Of a stretch of DNA of 64,000 nucleotides, positions 21,289-31,737 are shown in pieces (position 1 is the first letter of the stretch; every line of letters starts with the position of its first letter). Location: the IMG/VR virus record IMGVR_UViG_3300032083_003901, positions 9,891-73,890 of that record, one strand, 5' to 3'. This DNA is from a virus. The translations under genes were made by a program, and so were the position numbers. The notes under the pieces were generated by a model. The model was not told the origin of the DNA and did no database searches. It saw only the letters and a list, made by a program, of their open reading frames with translations.

Positions 21289-22089
21289 TTGCCCGAAGGC
21301 GCAGAATGCAGAATCATTAGTGAGGGTTTGGCAAAGAAAGTAGGAACCCGAATTTGCACGAGCATCGTCCCGGTTTCGGGTCGATACACTAAAAATCCTC
21401 TTCCTGGCCTGGAACTTTTCGAGCCAACTCGAGTTGTTGGAGTTGGCGTCAAAGGAAAGTTGATTTTTTGGATTCTTGAAAATGAGACTTTCCTTTTGAA
21501 TACGCTTGGCATGTCAGGCACTTGGACCAAAGATCCGGATCACAGTCACGTTAGAGTTAGATTTGATTTCAGCACTGGAGACCCAGTATTTTTTGTAGAT
21601 GCTAGAAACTTTGGCACGATGAAAGTCATCAAAGGCAAAAAAACTTTTATTGATAAGCTGAATAGTCTAGGTCCTGATTTGTTGAATGAAGACGTGTCAA
21701 ACGAAAGATTCGTTGAAGCTTTGGACAAAAAACCTCATTGGACTGTTGCTAAAGCAATTATGAACCAGTCTGTTGTTTGCGGCGTTGGAAATTACGTCAA
21801 AGCAGAGGCACTCTACAGAGCTGAAATTTCACCTCATAGATTGGTTGGATCTCTTTCGACAGAAGAGCTAAAAGCACTTAACGTGTGCTGCCAGATTGTC
21901 TTGCGTCAAGCTTACAACGGACGCGGAGCGTCAATTCGAACTTATAGAGATTCTGATGGCAATGTTGGAGAAGCGACACTCCAATTTATGGTTTACGGCA
22001 AAAGCCACGATCCAAAAGGAAATGAAGTGGTTCGAGAAAAAACAGACGATGGTAGAACCACACATTGGGTACCTGCTGTTCAAAAATGA
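21289..22089 (+). CDS. Fpg/Nei DNA glycosylase/AP lyase, zincless-finger type
   Basis: N-terminal PEG, KGK, LGMSG, DARNFG, LGPD, GVGNYVKAE; C-terminal GRTTHWVP without zinc-finger cysteines. Confidence 0.92.
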   Translation: MPEGAECRIISEGLAKKVGTRICTSIVPVSGRYTKNPLPGLELFEPTRVVGVGVKGKLIFWILENETFLLNTLGMSGTWTKDPDHSHVRVRFDFSTGDPVFFVDARNFGTMKVIKGKKTFIDKLNSLGPDLLNEDVSNERFVEALDKKPHWTVAKAIMNQSVVCGVGNYVKAEALYRAEISPHRLVGSLSTEELKALNVCCQIVLRQAYNGRGASIRTYRDSDGNVGEATLQFMVYGKSHDPKGNEVVREKTDDGRTTHWVPAVQK

Positions 22090-22144
22090 ACAGTCATCTC
22101 TTGCGAGATAAAATATTATTTGAATTTCAAAAAGGAGTATTATA

Positions 22145-22348
22145 ATGCGTTTGTCTGACAATTCTATTTCACAACTAGTTCGAGTTCTTCAACTTGCAAT
22201 GCTTTCTGGCACAGATATTACCGACAACATGAGAATGATGCGCTTTGTAGCCGAAGACGATCAGATCGATCTAGATCCTGATTATCTAGAAAGCTTCAAT
22301 GCCAACTTGTTGGCAATGGAGCAAGAGCTAGAAAACACTCAGCAGTAG
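22145..22348 (+). CDS. Hypothetical protein
   Basis: 67 aa, AGGAG RBS. Confidence 0.6.
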   Translation: MRLSDNSISQLVRVLQLAMLSGTDITDNMRMMRFVAEDDQIDLDPDYLESFNANLLAMEQELENTQQ

Positions 22349-22350
22349 CC

Positions 22351-22581
22351 ATGGCGCTAAGTCCAGAAGTTGCTGAAATAATTCAAGAAGCAGTCAAAGT
22401 TGGCGGCAAGGCTCTAGAAGGAAAATTGCCGCCTAAACCTTATCTCAAAAAAAGAAACCCATATGCTCACTTATACGAGAGAATCAAAGCTCGCATGGGC
22501 CGTTCTTACAAAGACTGCGAAGACTGGGAAGCAATTGAAATACTCAGGCTCATTGAGTACTATGCAAACAATCCCTGCTGA
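22351..22581 (+). CDS. Hypothetical protein
   Basis: 76 aa, in operon context. Confidence 0.6.
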   Translation: MALSPEVAEIIQEAVKVGGKALEGKLPPKPYLKKRNPYAHLYERIKARMGRSYKDCEDWEAIEILRLIEYYANNPC

Positions 22582-22595
22582 TCTAAGAGGAAAAA

Positions 22596-25500
22596 TTGAA
22601 AAAGCCAAATAAATTTGTCGGTCTTCACTCGCATACCGGAGTCGGCAGTGTCTTCGATGGACTAGGATATCCACAAGAGCACATAGACTTTTGTCTGGAA
22701 AACGGACTCAATGCTTGGGCTCTAACGGAACATGGCAACGCAAACTCTTTTGCGCATGCGTATCTATACAATCAGAAACTCAAGAGTAAAGGCATTGATT
22801 TCAAATTTATTCCTGGTGCTGAGCTTTACGTTCATCCTGACTTAGATGTTTGGCAATATGATTACCAGATCTCCAAAGCAGCGAAAAGCGGAGACAAAGA
22901 TGCAGTGGCAAAACTGCGCGCAGAGCGAGAGAAAATTGCTACCCATATTGACATTACAACTGACGGAGATGATGAGATCACGGACATCCAGGTTTCTTCT
23001 GAGGAAGCTTCGCTAACCGTTGAGAACGAAGAAGAAACTAAGTCTGGCAAGTTTTTCGATCCTGTCAAGCGTCGTCATCATTTGGTAGTGTTGCCAAAAA
23101 CTTCCGTTGGTCTACAAAGGCTTTTTGGCCTTATTAGCCGCGGCTATCTTGAAGGCTTCTATCGCTTTCCTCGAGTTGACTACAAGATGCTTAAAGAAGC
23201 TGCTGAGGGAGGCCATTTGATGGTTTCCAGCGCGTGCTTGGGAGGTCCACTCTCAGCCGAAGTCTTCAAACATCTGCAGCAAGTGGAATTCAATGAGCTA
23301 AACTACAAATTGCTCGACGATCCGTCTCTGGCAAAAAAGGTCATGTTAGGCATTGGCAACACTTACGAGCAATTGGTTGATGCTGTCGGTGCTGAGAATG
23401 TTTTTCTTGAGCTGCAATTCAACAAACTATCAGCCCAGCACTTGGTCAATCGAGCTCTTATGCAGTTCGCTAAACAAGAAAATTTGGGCGACAAGCTAGT
23501 TGTAACATGCGATTCTCACTATGCACGCCCCGAGCATTGGAAAGAGAGGGAGATCTATAAGAAGCTTGGATGGCTTAACCATGGAGACTTCGACCCCTCT
23601 CAGATTCCTCAGTCTCGTGAGGAACTCAAGTGCGAACTCTATCCAAAGAATGCAGATCAAGTCTGGCAATCTTATCTCGAAACAGCAGATGGCATGAGTT
23701 TTTACGATGATGCTCTTGTTTCGGCAGCGATCGAAAGAACGCACGACATTGCCCACGATATGATTGGCGACATTGTTCCTGATACGAGCATGAAGTTGCC
23801 ATCTTACGTGATTCCAAAAGGCACGACAGCTGATCGTGCATTGGTTGACATGTGCAAAAAAGCTTTACTTGAGAAAGGCTTGCATACAAACAAAGAGTAC
23901 GTCGATAGAACTATTCACGAGTTGAAAGTCATCAAAGAGAAGAACTTTTCTGAGTACTTCTTGACAATGAAAAAGATTATCGATGTTGCATGGGAAAGCT
24001 TTATCGTTGGTTGTGGCCGTGGTTCTGGCGCTGGTTCTCTAGTGAATTACCTTCTGGGAATTACCAATGTCGACCCAATTGAGTATGGCTTGTTGTTCGA
24101 GCGTTTCCTAGATCCAATGAGAACAGAGAGTCCGGACATTGATACGGATGTTTCAGATCGTGATGGCTTGATTCACAAGTTGCGTGAAGAATTTGGCGGC
24201 GATAACGTTATTCCAATTTCTAACTACAACACTTTCAAGCTCAAGTCGTTGATCAAAGATGTTTCTCGATTTTATGGCATCCCTTTCCAAGATGTCAATG
24301 CTGCATTGTCCACCTTGGAGAAAGATGTTGCCAATGGCCGAAGATCTTCGGGCGAAGAAGGCGGATTTGACATAACTTTGGACGAGGCACTTCGCTTCTC
24401 TAAGAAGACAGCAACTTTCTTGGAATCACATCCAGAAATTGTTTCGCCGCTCAATGTGCTATTCAAGCAAAATAAGAACTTGGGTCGACATGCCGGCGGT
24501 GTTATCATATCTGAAAACATTGCTGATAGAATGCCTCTTATTCTGGCCAAAGGTGAACCTCAAACCCCTTGGGTGGAAGGCATGACCGCAAAACACTTGG
24601 AGTCTTTTGGCTGGATCAAGTTCGATCTTTTGGGTCTTGAGACTCTTCGAATGATCCAGAAGACTATTGAGCTGATTCTCAAAAAGGAAGGCAATCCCAA
24701 TCCTACTTTTGCTGAAGTAAAGCAGTGGTACTTGGAACACATGGATCCAAAGGTCATGGATCTAAAAGATCAAAAGGTGTACGAGCACGTTTATCATGCT
24801 GGTCGTTGGGCTGGAGTTTTTCAGTGTACGCAAGCTGGAGCTCAAAAGCTTTTCAAGCGAGCAAAGCCAGAATCAATCATGGACTTGGCTACCTTGACTT
24901 CAATCTATCGCCCGGGTCCTTTGAGCGCTAAAGTTGATAACATCTATGTTCGAGCAAAGAAAAATCCGGAATCTGTGGATTATGGTCATCCTCTAATCAG
25001 ACAAGTTCTAGAGCCTTCATATGGCTGCATTGTCTTTCAAGAGCAAGCCATGGCACTGTGTCACGTTGTTGCAGGTATTCCTAAAATCGAGCTCAACAAA
25101 ATCCGTAAGATGATGAAACCTGGCGGATCGAGTGGCGATAACGTAGAAAAAGCGAAAGCCCTTCGAGATCGTTTCATTACCGGTGCAATCAATAACGGTG
25201 TGAAAAAGTCTGTAGCGGAAGATCTTTACGAAAAAATCTTGTTCTTTGCTGGATATGGATTCAATGCTTCTCACGCAGTTTGTTATGCAATCAATTCATA
25301 CTACTGCGCCTGGTTGCTGACTTACTACAAAACTGAGTGGCTCACTGCATATCTCGAGGCTTCATCTAGCAAGCCAGAAAAGTTGGCAAAAGCTCTATCT
25401 GAAGTCAAAGGATTGGGATACAAGATTTCGCGTGCTGATGTAAACTATTCAGAAAGAGAGTGGACTTGCATCAATGGCGATACATTTGTTCCTTCATTCG

Positions 25501-26186
25501 CTTCTTGCAAGGGTCTCGGTGATGCAGCAATTGACGAGATCATGATTAGTCGACCTTACGGCAAGTTGGAAGATGTCTTTTGGAATGAAGATGGAACTTG
25601 GAAGCCATCAAAGCTCAACAAAACTGGCATATCTGCTTTGATCAAACTTCGAGCATTTGAATCAGTGAACTGGCGATCTAAATTTGAAAACTATCGACAG
25701 TTTCACGATGTAGTTCTAGACAACTGGAATGAGATCAAGAAGTCTCTAAAGAAAGATCCCGATAGAGGCAGAAACCGGTTTAATGAATTGGCTCTAGAGA
25801 CAGAAGGCACTCCGGACTGGAGTCTGTCAGAAGTCATCAGCAATAGCATGAGCTTGTTAGGAACTGTGAATCTAGAGAGCTTGATGCCTGAAGATTTGCA
25901 AGAAAACTTGGCAGCTAGAAACATTCGCTGCATTGATGATTTTGACAGAGAAGAGATTTATTGGGGTTTGCTGGTAAAAGCAGATAAGAAGATGACTAAG
26001 AAAAAGAAGCCTTACTTGTTGTTGCACTTGATGGGCAAAAGTGGTTCTAGAGAGCGAGTTTTCTGCTGGAATAGTCCAGCTGATGCTTCTCTAAAACCTA
26101 ACTCTTTGGTAGCCCTTCAGCTATCAAAAACTGACTTTGGTTTTTCTACAAGATGGCGAAAAATTGTTGAACTAAGATCTAAGTGA
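22596..26186 (+). CDS. dnaE: DNA polymerase III alpha subunit (family C)
   Basis: PHP motifs HSHT, TEHG, DSHY; GRGSGAGSLV; PDIDTD; GRHAGG; KFDLLGL; YGFNASHA. Confidence 0.95.
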   Translation: MKKPNKFVGLHSHTGVGSVFDGLGYPQEHIDFCLENGLNAWALTEHGNANSFAHAYLYNQKLKSKGIDFKFIPGAELYVHPDLDVWQYDYQISKAAKSGDKDAVAKLRAEREKIATHIDITTDGDDEITDIQVSSEEASLTVENEEETKSGKFFDPVKRRHHLVVLPKTSVGLQRLFGLISRGYLEGFYRFPRVDYKMLKEAAEGGHLMVSSACLGGPLSAEVFKHLQQVEFNELNYKLLDDPSLAKKVMLGIGNTYEQLVDAVGAENVFLELQFNKLSAQHLVNRALMQFAKQENLGDKLVVTCDSHYARPEHWKEREIYKKLGWLNHGDFDPSQIPQSREELKCELYPKNADQVWQSYLETADGMSFYDDALVSAAIERTHDIAHDMIGDIVPDTSMKLPSYVIPKGTTADRALVDMCKKALLEKGLHTNKEYVDRTIHELKVIKEKNFSEYFLTMKKIIDVAWESFIVGCGRGSGAGSLVNYLLGITNVDPIEYGLLFERFLDPMRTESPDIDTDVSDRDGLIHKLREEFGGDNVIPISNYNTFKLKSLIKDVSRFYGIPFQDVNAALSTLEKDVANGRRSSGEEGGFDITLDEALRFSKKTATFLESHPEIVSPLNVLFKQNKNLGRHAGGVIISENIADRMPLILAKGEPQTPWVEGMTAKHLESFGWIKFDLLGLETLRMIQKTIELILKKEGNPNPTFAEVKQWYLEHMDPKVMDLKDQKVYEHVYHAGRWAGVFQCTQAGAQKLFKRAKPESIMDLATLTSIYRPGPLSAKVDNIYVRAKKNPESVDYGHPLIRQVLEPSYGCIVFQEQAMALCHVVAGIPKIELNKIRKMMKPGGSSGDNVEKAKALRDRFITGAINNGVKKSVAEDLYEKILFFAGYGFNASHAVCYAINSYYCAWLLTYYKTEWLTAYLEASSSKPEKLAKALSEVKGLGYKISRADVNYSEREWTCINGDTFVPSFASCKGLGDAAIDEIMISRPYGKLEDVFWNEDGTWKPSKLNKTGISALIKLRAFESVNWRSKFENYRQFHDVVLDNWNEIKKSLKKDPDRGRNRFNELALETEGTPDWSLSEVISNSMSLLGTVNLESLMPEDLQENLAARNIRCIDDFDREEIYWGLLVKADKKMTKKKKPYLLLHLMGKSGSRERVFCWNSPADASLKPNSLVALQLSKTDFGFSTRWRKIVELRSK

Positions 26187-26195
26187 GTTTATAAT
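26167..26195 (+). promoter_or_regulatory. Sigma70-like promoter TTGAAC-N17-TATAAT for the modification operon
   Basis: Canonical spacing; implies the true start of the next gene is downstream of 26194 (26203 or 26218). Confidence 0.55.
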
Positions 26196-26202
26196 GTACA
26201 GC

Positions 26203-27042
26203 ATGGAATTCAACCAAATGAAATTTGATAGTCTAAACGATTTATTTCTCAACCTCTTGGGTCAAGTCTGGAATAACGGAAGTGAAGTCAACTCAAGAGG
26301 CTCTAAGCAGAAAGAGTTACTATTTCAATCTTTTACTTTGACTAATCCTACTGCTTTAGACATTACTTCTGATGCACGCAAATTTTCGAAAGACTACGCT
26401 GTCTCTGAGTGGATGTGGTATCTTTCTACAAATCGCTCCGCTAAAAACATTGGTAAGTTGGCTAAAATCTGGTCTAGGATTGCCGATGAAAATGGCGAAG
26501 TAGAATCCAACTATGGTTCTTATTTTTGGCCACAGTGGAAATGGGTTATCAATGAGTTGGTATCTGACAACGATACTCGGCGTGCGACCATGGTTGTCAA
26601 CCAACCTCATCACAAAGAAGCAAATGTAAACGACTACCCTTGCACTCAATATGTGCAGTTTCTTATTCGAGACAAGAAGCTGCACATGGGTGTGAACATG
26701 AGATCAAACGATATTATCTTTGGTCTTTGCAATGATGTGTTCACTTTCTGCTTGTTCCAGCAGATGATGCTGAATGAGCTTAGGTTGCGTGGACTAGACG
26801 TTGAATTGGGAGAATACTATCATCATGCCGGCAGTTTGCATCTATACGAAATGCATTTTTCTAAAGCGCAACAAATTTTGAAAGAAGATGTAAGCCAAAA
26901 TTCGGCACAGACTTTTGAACTAAGAGGTGATTTTTGTTGGCCAGATTATCAAAACTTAAAGGCAGCTTTTCCGATGAAGGATACGAGCAAGAAGGAGCTG
27001 CAGGAACTAGCGAAACTAGCAGCGGAGGAGCTTTTTGTATGA
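26203..27042 (+). CDS. Thymidylate-synthase-superfamily enzyme, probable dCMP hydroxymethylase
   Basis: SEWMWY (Glu), SNYG, DTRRA, DYPCT (Cys), MRSNDIIFGLCND with Asp at the base-specificity position as in T4 gp42, GSLHLYE. Confidence 0.75.
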   Translation: MEFNQMKFDSLNDLFLNLLGQVWNNGSEVNSRGSKQKELLFQSFTLTNPTALDITSDARKFSKDYAVSEWMWYLSTNRSAKNIGKLAKIWSRIADENGEVESNYGSYFWPQWKWVINELVSDNDTRRATMVVNQPHHKEANVNDYPCTQYVQFLIRDKKLHMGVNMRSNDIIFGLCNDVFTFCLFQQMMLNELRLRGLDVELGEYYHHAGSLHLYEMHFSKAQQILKEDVSQNSAQTFELRGDFCWPDYQNLKAAFPMKDTSKKELQELAKLAAEELFV

Positions 27043-27317
27043 ACATTCTAGAGCAAGCAAACGAGATCGTGAACAAGAGATCTGAAGAGAAAGAGCGCAT
27101 GTATGGACCTTTCTCTGAAGGCATGCGCCGAGCAGCTTTGATTGCAACAGGCATGACTGGCAAAGAGTTTGAGGCTGAAGACATGTACGCTGCTCTAGTG
27201 GCTTTGAAACTATCCAGGCACTCTTACAACTACAAGCAAGACAATTTGCTTGATGCTTGTGCTTACCTAGGAGCTCTTGATAATTTCATCGTTGAAAAGG
27301 GAGAAGAAAACAAATGA
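27039..27317 (+). CDS. DUF6378-like all-alpha protein (possible nucleotide pyrophosphatase fold)
   Basis: ILEQANEIV..R.RMYG, LKLSR, DNLLDACAY. Confidence 0.65.
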   Translation: MNILEQANEIVNKRSEEKERMYGPFSEGMRRAALIATGMTGKEFEAEDMYAALVALKLSRHSYNYKQDNLLDACAYLGALDNFIVEKGEENK

Positions 27318-27757
27318 AAATCTGTAAAGTTAGAGATGTAAAGACCCCAACTAGAGGAACGGAAGGCAGTGCAGGTTTGGATTTCTATGTTCCTAATGAT
27401 CTAGGACATGAAGAAATTGTCATTGGACCCGGATCAGCAGCGTTCATTCCTTCGGGCATCAAAGCAGATGTTCCGGCTGGGCATGCTCTGATTGCTTTCA
27501 ATAAATCTGGCGTTGCTCTAAAGAAACAATTGTCTGTGGGCGCGTGTGTTGTCGATGAAGACTACCAAGGCGAAATCCATTTGCATGTGTACAATTTTGG
27601 AAATGAAGAAACTTTGGTGAAGCCAGGCGAAAAACTGCTGCAAATGGTGCTACTGCCCGTAAATTATGCTAGCGTTGAAGTTGTTGAAGAAGATCAGCTT
27701 TTTGGCGAGACGACAGAACGAGGCGATGGAGGCTTTGGTTCCACAGGAGTTTTTTGA
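27314..27757 (+). CDS. dut: Trimeric dUTPase
   Basis: SAGLD, KSG, VDEDYQGE, RGDGGFGSTG. Confidence 0.92.
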   Translation: MKICKVRDVKTPTRGTEGSAGLDFYVPNDLGHEEIVIGPGSAAFIPSGIKADVPAGHALIAFNKSGVALKKQLSVGACVVDEDYQGEIHLHVYNFGNEETLVKPGEKLLQMVLLPVNYASVEVVEEDQLFGETTERGDGGFGSTGVF

Positions 27758-27759
27758 TT

Positions 27760-28764
27760 ATGAGTGCAATTGTTAGTCCGATTACTAATCATGCAAATAG
27801 GCTAGCTAGCCACAGAACTGGTTGGGCCAGAATGTGGTCAGCATGCTTAGATAGTGAGTTGCTGTATAACCAAGATTGGTCAAACGAGAGCACGGTTTAT
27901 TTTGAACACGGAATGGAGTTCAAAGAAAATTCCAAAGGTGTCAATGTATTTCTAAAAGATCCTAAATCTTGGGACAAACTGGCAGAAAAAGCCAGGATGA
28001 TTGAAAACTTTACTGGTGAACTTTATTCTCTAGACATTGATTGCCCGGATTATGGAGCTAGGCTGAAGTCTAGGGTTCGTGAGCATTCTACGCAAGCATA
28101 CAAGAGTTTAGATTTCGATAAAATTTCAGAAGTATGCAGCAAAGCAAAAACTTTAAAGCAAGAAGATCTACAAAAGATCGGAATTGTTTTTGGAGACTCG
28201 CATGCGCTGAGTGCTTGGAGAACTGATGCCCATCTTTCCAGAAATGATGGTCAAACTCTAAATGGTGCTCTAAATAAAGGTTTCAATACTTGGACTGAAA
28301 AATTCAATCCTAAAGAAAGAAACTTGCAATTTTTAAGAACTTATCTTGGAAATATCGATATTAGACACCATCTTTGTCGGCTAGCCACAACTCCAGAAGA
28401 GCAAAAGAAGCTTACGCTGGACCTCGCTGAAAGATACATTGAAGAGTTGAAGAATTGGCAGCAGGAAAATAAAGTTCCAACAATTGAAGTTGTAGCTAGC
28501 TTGCCAATTGAGAATGTATCTAGAAAATTGCCAAAAACCGGTTACTTCAAAGGGCAGCCTTATTGGGGAACTTGGGAAGAAAGAAACAATGTTCATCTTT
28601 GGTTCAATGAAGCGCTGATGAATGCATGCAGTAAAAACGAATTTTCTTTCATAGAATGGCCTGATAATTTTATCAACGGGACAGGCGAATTAGATTTTCG
28701 TTTTATGGAAAAACCTAGATCAGTCCATATTTCCCCAGAACACTACATGTGGAAGGTAAAATGA
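27760..28764 (+). CDS. SGNH/GDSL-like domain protein in the modification cluster
   Basis: VFGDSH (Ser), GQT (Gly), GNID (Asn), SVH (His) blocks in the C-terminal half. Confidence 0.55.
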   Translation: MSAIVSPITNHANRLASHRTGWARMWSACLDSELLYNQDWSNESTVYFEHGMEFKENSKGVNVFLKDPKSWDKLAEKARMIENFTGELYSLDIDCPDYGARLKSRVREHSTQAYKSLDFDKISEVCSKAKTLKQEDLQKIGIVFGDSHALSAWRTDAHLSRNDGQTLNGALNKGFNTWTEKFNPKERNLQFLRTYLGNIDIRHHLCRLATTPEEQKKLTLDLAERYIEELKNWQQENKVPTIEVVASLPIENVSRKLPKTGYFKGQPYWGTWEERNNVHLWFNEALMNACSKNEFSFIEWPDNFINGTGELDFRFMEKPRSVHISPEHYMWKVK

Positions 28765-29810
28765 GAGACAAAGTCAATTTTACAGAGTATTTCAATGATT
28801 TTCTTCTATACGCTGCCATGGCAAAAGAAGTTCAAAACAAATGCAACTTAGGTGGAGAACCTTATGTCGGTTCTTGCGGTGACGACCTCATTGAAAATGT
28901 AACCATTTATGACACTGTTGAAAGGAAGCACGCAGGTTTCCAAAACATGATTCAAGATCTTTGGTTTGCAGATCAGGCTCCAAAATACTACAAATGGAAT
29001 GAAGACCACAAAAAAAGAAATAAAAGCTACAGAGGGCTTCATGAAGTTTGGACCAGAAGAGAGTGGTTGTTTGTATTTCTGACGCATAGAATTACTGGAT
29101 CTGGTGCTTCTTTTGAGGTGGATCACGGCTATCGCAATACGATTCTGCCTGAATTGGCAAAGCTTGAAAAAGTCGAGGACATGGTAGAATGGATCAGAAA
29201 CTATGATGGTGTCATGTATACTAGCATAGGAAACCAGATTCCAGCGTTTCCAAAACCTCGAGATCAATACAAGACTGGTGGCAAAGTATATTTTGGCGAA
29301 TATGCCCTCCAGTTAGTTGACGATGTCTGGCACTTTGTCGATTCAATTAATAACACGGGCAGAAAAGCTCTGATTAGAGAAATTGTGGACTTCATGTGTC
29401 AGTGGAATCGAGAGAGAGGCATGAAAGCTTTTCATTTCCAATATACGGCAACCGCTGCAGATCTGGCTGATTACTATATCGACATCGTTGATGAAGGCAG
29501 CCACATGTATTACGGTAAAAATGCACAAGAAGCCATGGATCTCTTTGCTACGAAGTCTGGTAGGATCAATAAGGCTCAGTTCTATGACGTTGTCATGGAA
29601 GAAGCTAAGACACATACTGGTGGATTTCCAAAAGATCTAGAAGACGTAATGTGCGATTACATTCGATATGTCGAAAATTACATACCCGACAATCGAGAAA
29701 AGACTTACGCACATTTAGATAGAAAGAAAATTTGGAACAATTCAATTATTGAAAATCATCCTAAAGGTCGTCAAAAATGGATGGTAGGCACTAACGAGTG
29801 GAAGTGGTAA
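28761..29810 (+). CDS. Amino acid:DNA transferase-like (aGPT-Pplase family) protein
   Basis: IYDTVER, HRITGSG, ADLADY, C-terminal DLEDVMCDYIRY resembling the ExxxCE/DxxKY motif; adjacent to a PLP enzyme. Confidence 0.6.
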   Translation: MRDKVNFTEYFNDFLLYAAMAKEVQNKCNLGGEPYVGSCGDDLIENVTIYDTVERKHAGFQNMIQDLWFADQAPKYYKWNEDHKKRNKSYRGLHEVWTRREWLFVFLTHRITGSGASFEVDHGYRNTILPELAKLEKVEDMVEWIRNYDGVMYTSIGNQIPAFPKPRDQYKTGGKVYFGEYALQLVDDVWHFVDSINNTGRKALIREIVDFMCQWNRERGMKAFHFQYTATAADLADYYIDIVDEGSHMYYGKNAQEAMDLFATKSGRINKAQFYDVVMEEAKTHTGGFPKDLEDVMCDYIRYVENYIPDNREKTYAHLDRKKIWNNSIIENHPKGRQKWMVGTNEWKW

Positions 29811-30692
29811 ATGGCACACAACAATCACGTATTAGATGGAATCAACAAAGATCTTCAGTTACGAACTCGCGATGAGTGGCTGGCAATGACAGAAAACTGG
29901 GAAGATCCCTATGGATTGCCAATTGTAACTGAGCATGAAGGCGTAAAAATCGTCAGAGACGACCACATGGTTGGATCTAAATGCAGGTTTGCTGATCTGT
30001 TGATGTCCAATGTGAAGCAAGATACGATCGTCTATGTTCAACCTAGATTTGGCTTAGCTGGACCTTCAATTTTGGAAGTTGCTAAGCGTTACGATAAGCG
30101 AGTCGTGCTCTTTATGCCTTCATCTAAAAAAATATCACACCACCAAGCTGTTTGCATTGAAAGAGGTGCTGAGCCTAAATTTATGAGAATTGCTGCCATG
30201 CCGAATCTCAATTCAGTTGCCAAAAGATGGGCAGAAGAAAATGATGCTTGTTTTGTTCCTCTCGGTCTAAGGCATGAGCTGGTAACAGCATGCGCAATAA
30301 GGGTTGTTGAAAACTTGAGAGAAGTTCATGGAGATCCGGGTCATGTTTGGTTTGCAATTTCTACTGGAGTTTTAGGTAGAGCCCTTCAGATCGGATGGAA
30401 CAATTCAGAGCACCACGCAGTTGCAGTCTCTAGAAACTTGAAATCTGGCGAACTTGGTGGAGCTTCAGTAGATTCAGACTCTTTGGCTTTTACCAAAAAT
30501 GAGCGGAAAGAAAACTTGCCTCCTTTTCCAACTGTTTACAATTACGATGCCAAAGTTTGGAAGTATATTCCGAAGAATCGCCCTAGTGAAAATCATTGGA
30601 TGTGGAATGTAGGCAAAGAGCCAATTTTGGAAGATAAGACTATTTTCGATAGAATTGATAGCTACCGTGACTGGGGTGAAGTTAGGTTTTAG
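29811..30692 (+). CDS. PLP-dependent fold-type II enzyme (phage hypermodification decarboxylase-like)
   Basis: VRDDHMVGSKCR (Schiff-base Lys), AISTGVL phosphate loop, YDAKVW, WNVG. Confidence 0.75.
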   Translation: MAHNNHVLDGINKDLQLRTRDEWLAMTENWEDPYGLPIVTEHEGVKIVRDDHMVGSKCRFADLLMSNVKQDTIVYVQPRFGLAGPSILEVAKRYDKRVVLFMPSSKKISHHQAVCIERGAEPKFMRIAAMPNLNSVAKRWAEENDACFVPLGLRHELVTACAIRVVENLREVHGDPGHVWFAISTGVLGRALQIGWNNSEHHAVAVSRNLKSGELGGASVDSDSLAFTKNERKENLPPFPTVYNYDAKVWKYIPKNRPSENHWMWNVGKEPILEDKTIFDRIDSYRDWGEVRF

Positions 30693-30711
30693 CTCTGAGA
30701 AAAAGGTAAAA

Positions 30712-31737
30712 ATGAAAGCATTGGTAACCGGAGGCTGCGGCTTTATTGGGTCGCATCTTGTAAAAAAACTAATAGAAACTGGAGCAGAGGTAACTGTTGT
30801 AGATGATCTCTCGTCAGGCAACTTGAGTAATTTGTCTGACAAAGGTCTGAATTTTAGACCTGTGATTCCAAGCTTAATGCATCAGCTTTACGCAAAAGCT
30901 TCTTTTAGCCCGGGAGACGTTGTTGTAGCTACATGCGATTTTGTGGATCCGCAATTTTTGAAATATTTTGTTGATGGCAATTACACGCATGTTTTTCATC
31001 TGGCGGCAAATCCTCGAGTAGAGTATAGCGTTCAATACCCAGCCGTTTCTACCGAGATCAATCTCATGAAGACAGTTGAGCTGCTTTCGGCTTGTCGACA
31101 GGCAAATATTGAAAAGTTCGTATTTGCGTCTTCATCAGCAGTATTTGGAGACGTCTGGTCTGATTCAGAATCTTCGTATGATGAAGACGATGCCAGATGT
31201 CCACAGAGCCCATACGGACTGCAGAAGTATTGTTGTGAACTGTTCATGGAGCAGTTTAGCAATCTTTACGGCCTTGAAACAGTTGCGCTCCGTCTTTTTA
31301 ACGTCTATGGACCAGGCTGTTATGGCGATAGTCCTTATTCTACTGCTGTAGCTGCATGGTGCGATAAGATTTCAAAGAGAGAAGCGTTGAGGCTTGATGG
31401 AGACGGTACGCAAACTAGGGATATGGTTTACGTCGAAGATGTGGCCAATGCCTTTGTAGTTGTTGCAATTGAGAAAGCCAGAATTCAGGAAGGCAAGAAG
31501 TTTAATGTCTTCTGTGTTGGTACTGGGAATTCAATTTCAAATAATCAGATTTTGGAAATGTTAGCAACTGAAGTTGGTGGTTTTGTAATTGTCAACGCCC
31601 CTCCGAGGACGGGAGATGCTAAGCATACTCGAGCATCCATAGATAGAATAACGCAAAAAACTACTTGGCGACCAAATACCGATTTCAAGAGCGGATTAAG
31701 AGAAACACTTAGATGGTGGGAGATAATTGATGCCTAA
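30712..31737 (+). CDS. NAD-dependent nucleotide-sugar epimerase/dehydratase
   Basis: TGGCGFIG, HLAA, ASSSAVFG, YGLQK, RLFNVYGP, RDMVYVEDVA. Confidence 0.92.
   Translation: MKALVTGGCGFIGSHLVKKLIETGAEVTVVDDLSSGNLSNLSDKGLNFRPVIPSLMHQLYAKASFSPGDVVVATCDFVDPQFLKYFVDGNYTHVFHLAANPRVEYSVQYPAVSTEINLMKTVELLSACRQANIEKFVFASSSAVFGDVWSDSESSYDEDDARCPQSPYGLQKYCCELFMEQFSNLYGLETVALRLFNVYGPGCYGDSPYSTAVAAWCDKISKREALRLDGDGTQTRDMVYVEDVANAFVVVAIEKARIQEGKKFNVFCVGTGNSISNNQILEMLATEVGGFVIVNAPPRTGDAKHTRASIDRITQKTTWRPNTDFKSGLRETLRWWEIIDA

Noticed and set aside
10830-22089. Eukaryotic virus (NCLDV) origin suggested by MBD4-, Nei-, RNR- and topoisomerase-like genes
   Set aside because: Shine-Dalgarno sites, overlapping operons, sigma70, DnaE and baseplate/sheath genes indicate a bacteriophage
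22850-23070. Intein in the DnaE PHP insertion (also considered for RecA, helicase and NrdA)
   Set aside because: No C/S...HN-C/S/T splice motifs or LAGLIDADG blocks; protein lengths are near normal
26203-27042. Ordinary thyA
   Set aside because: Lacks the PFN Asn and LxPCH motifs, having CND and DYPCT like hydroxymethylases; the nearby dUTPase, TK and dCMP deaminase leave some doubt
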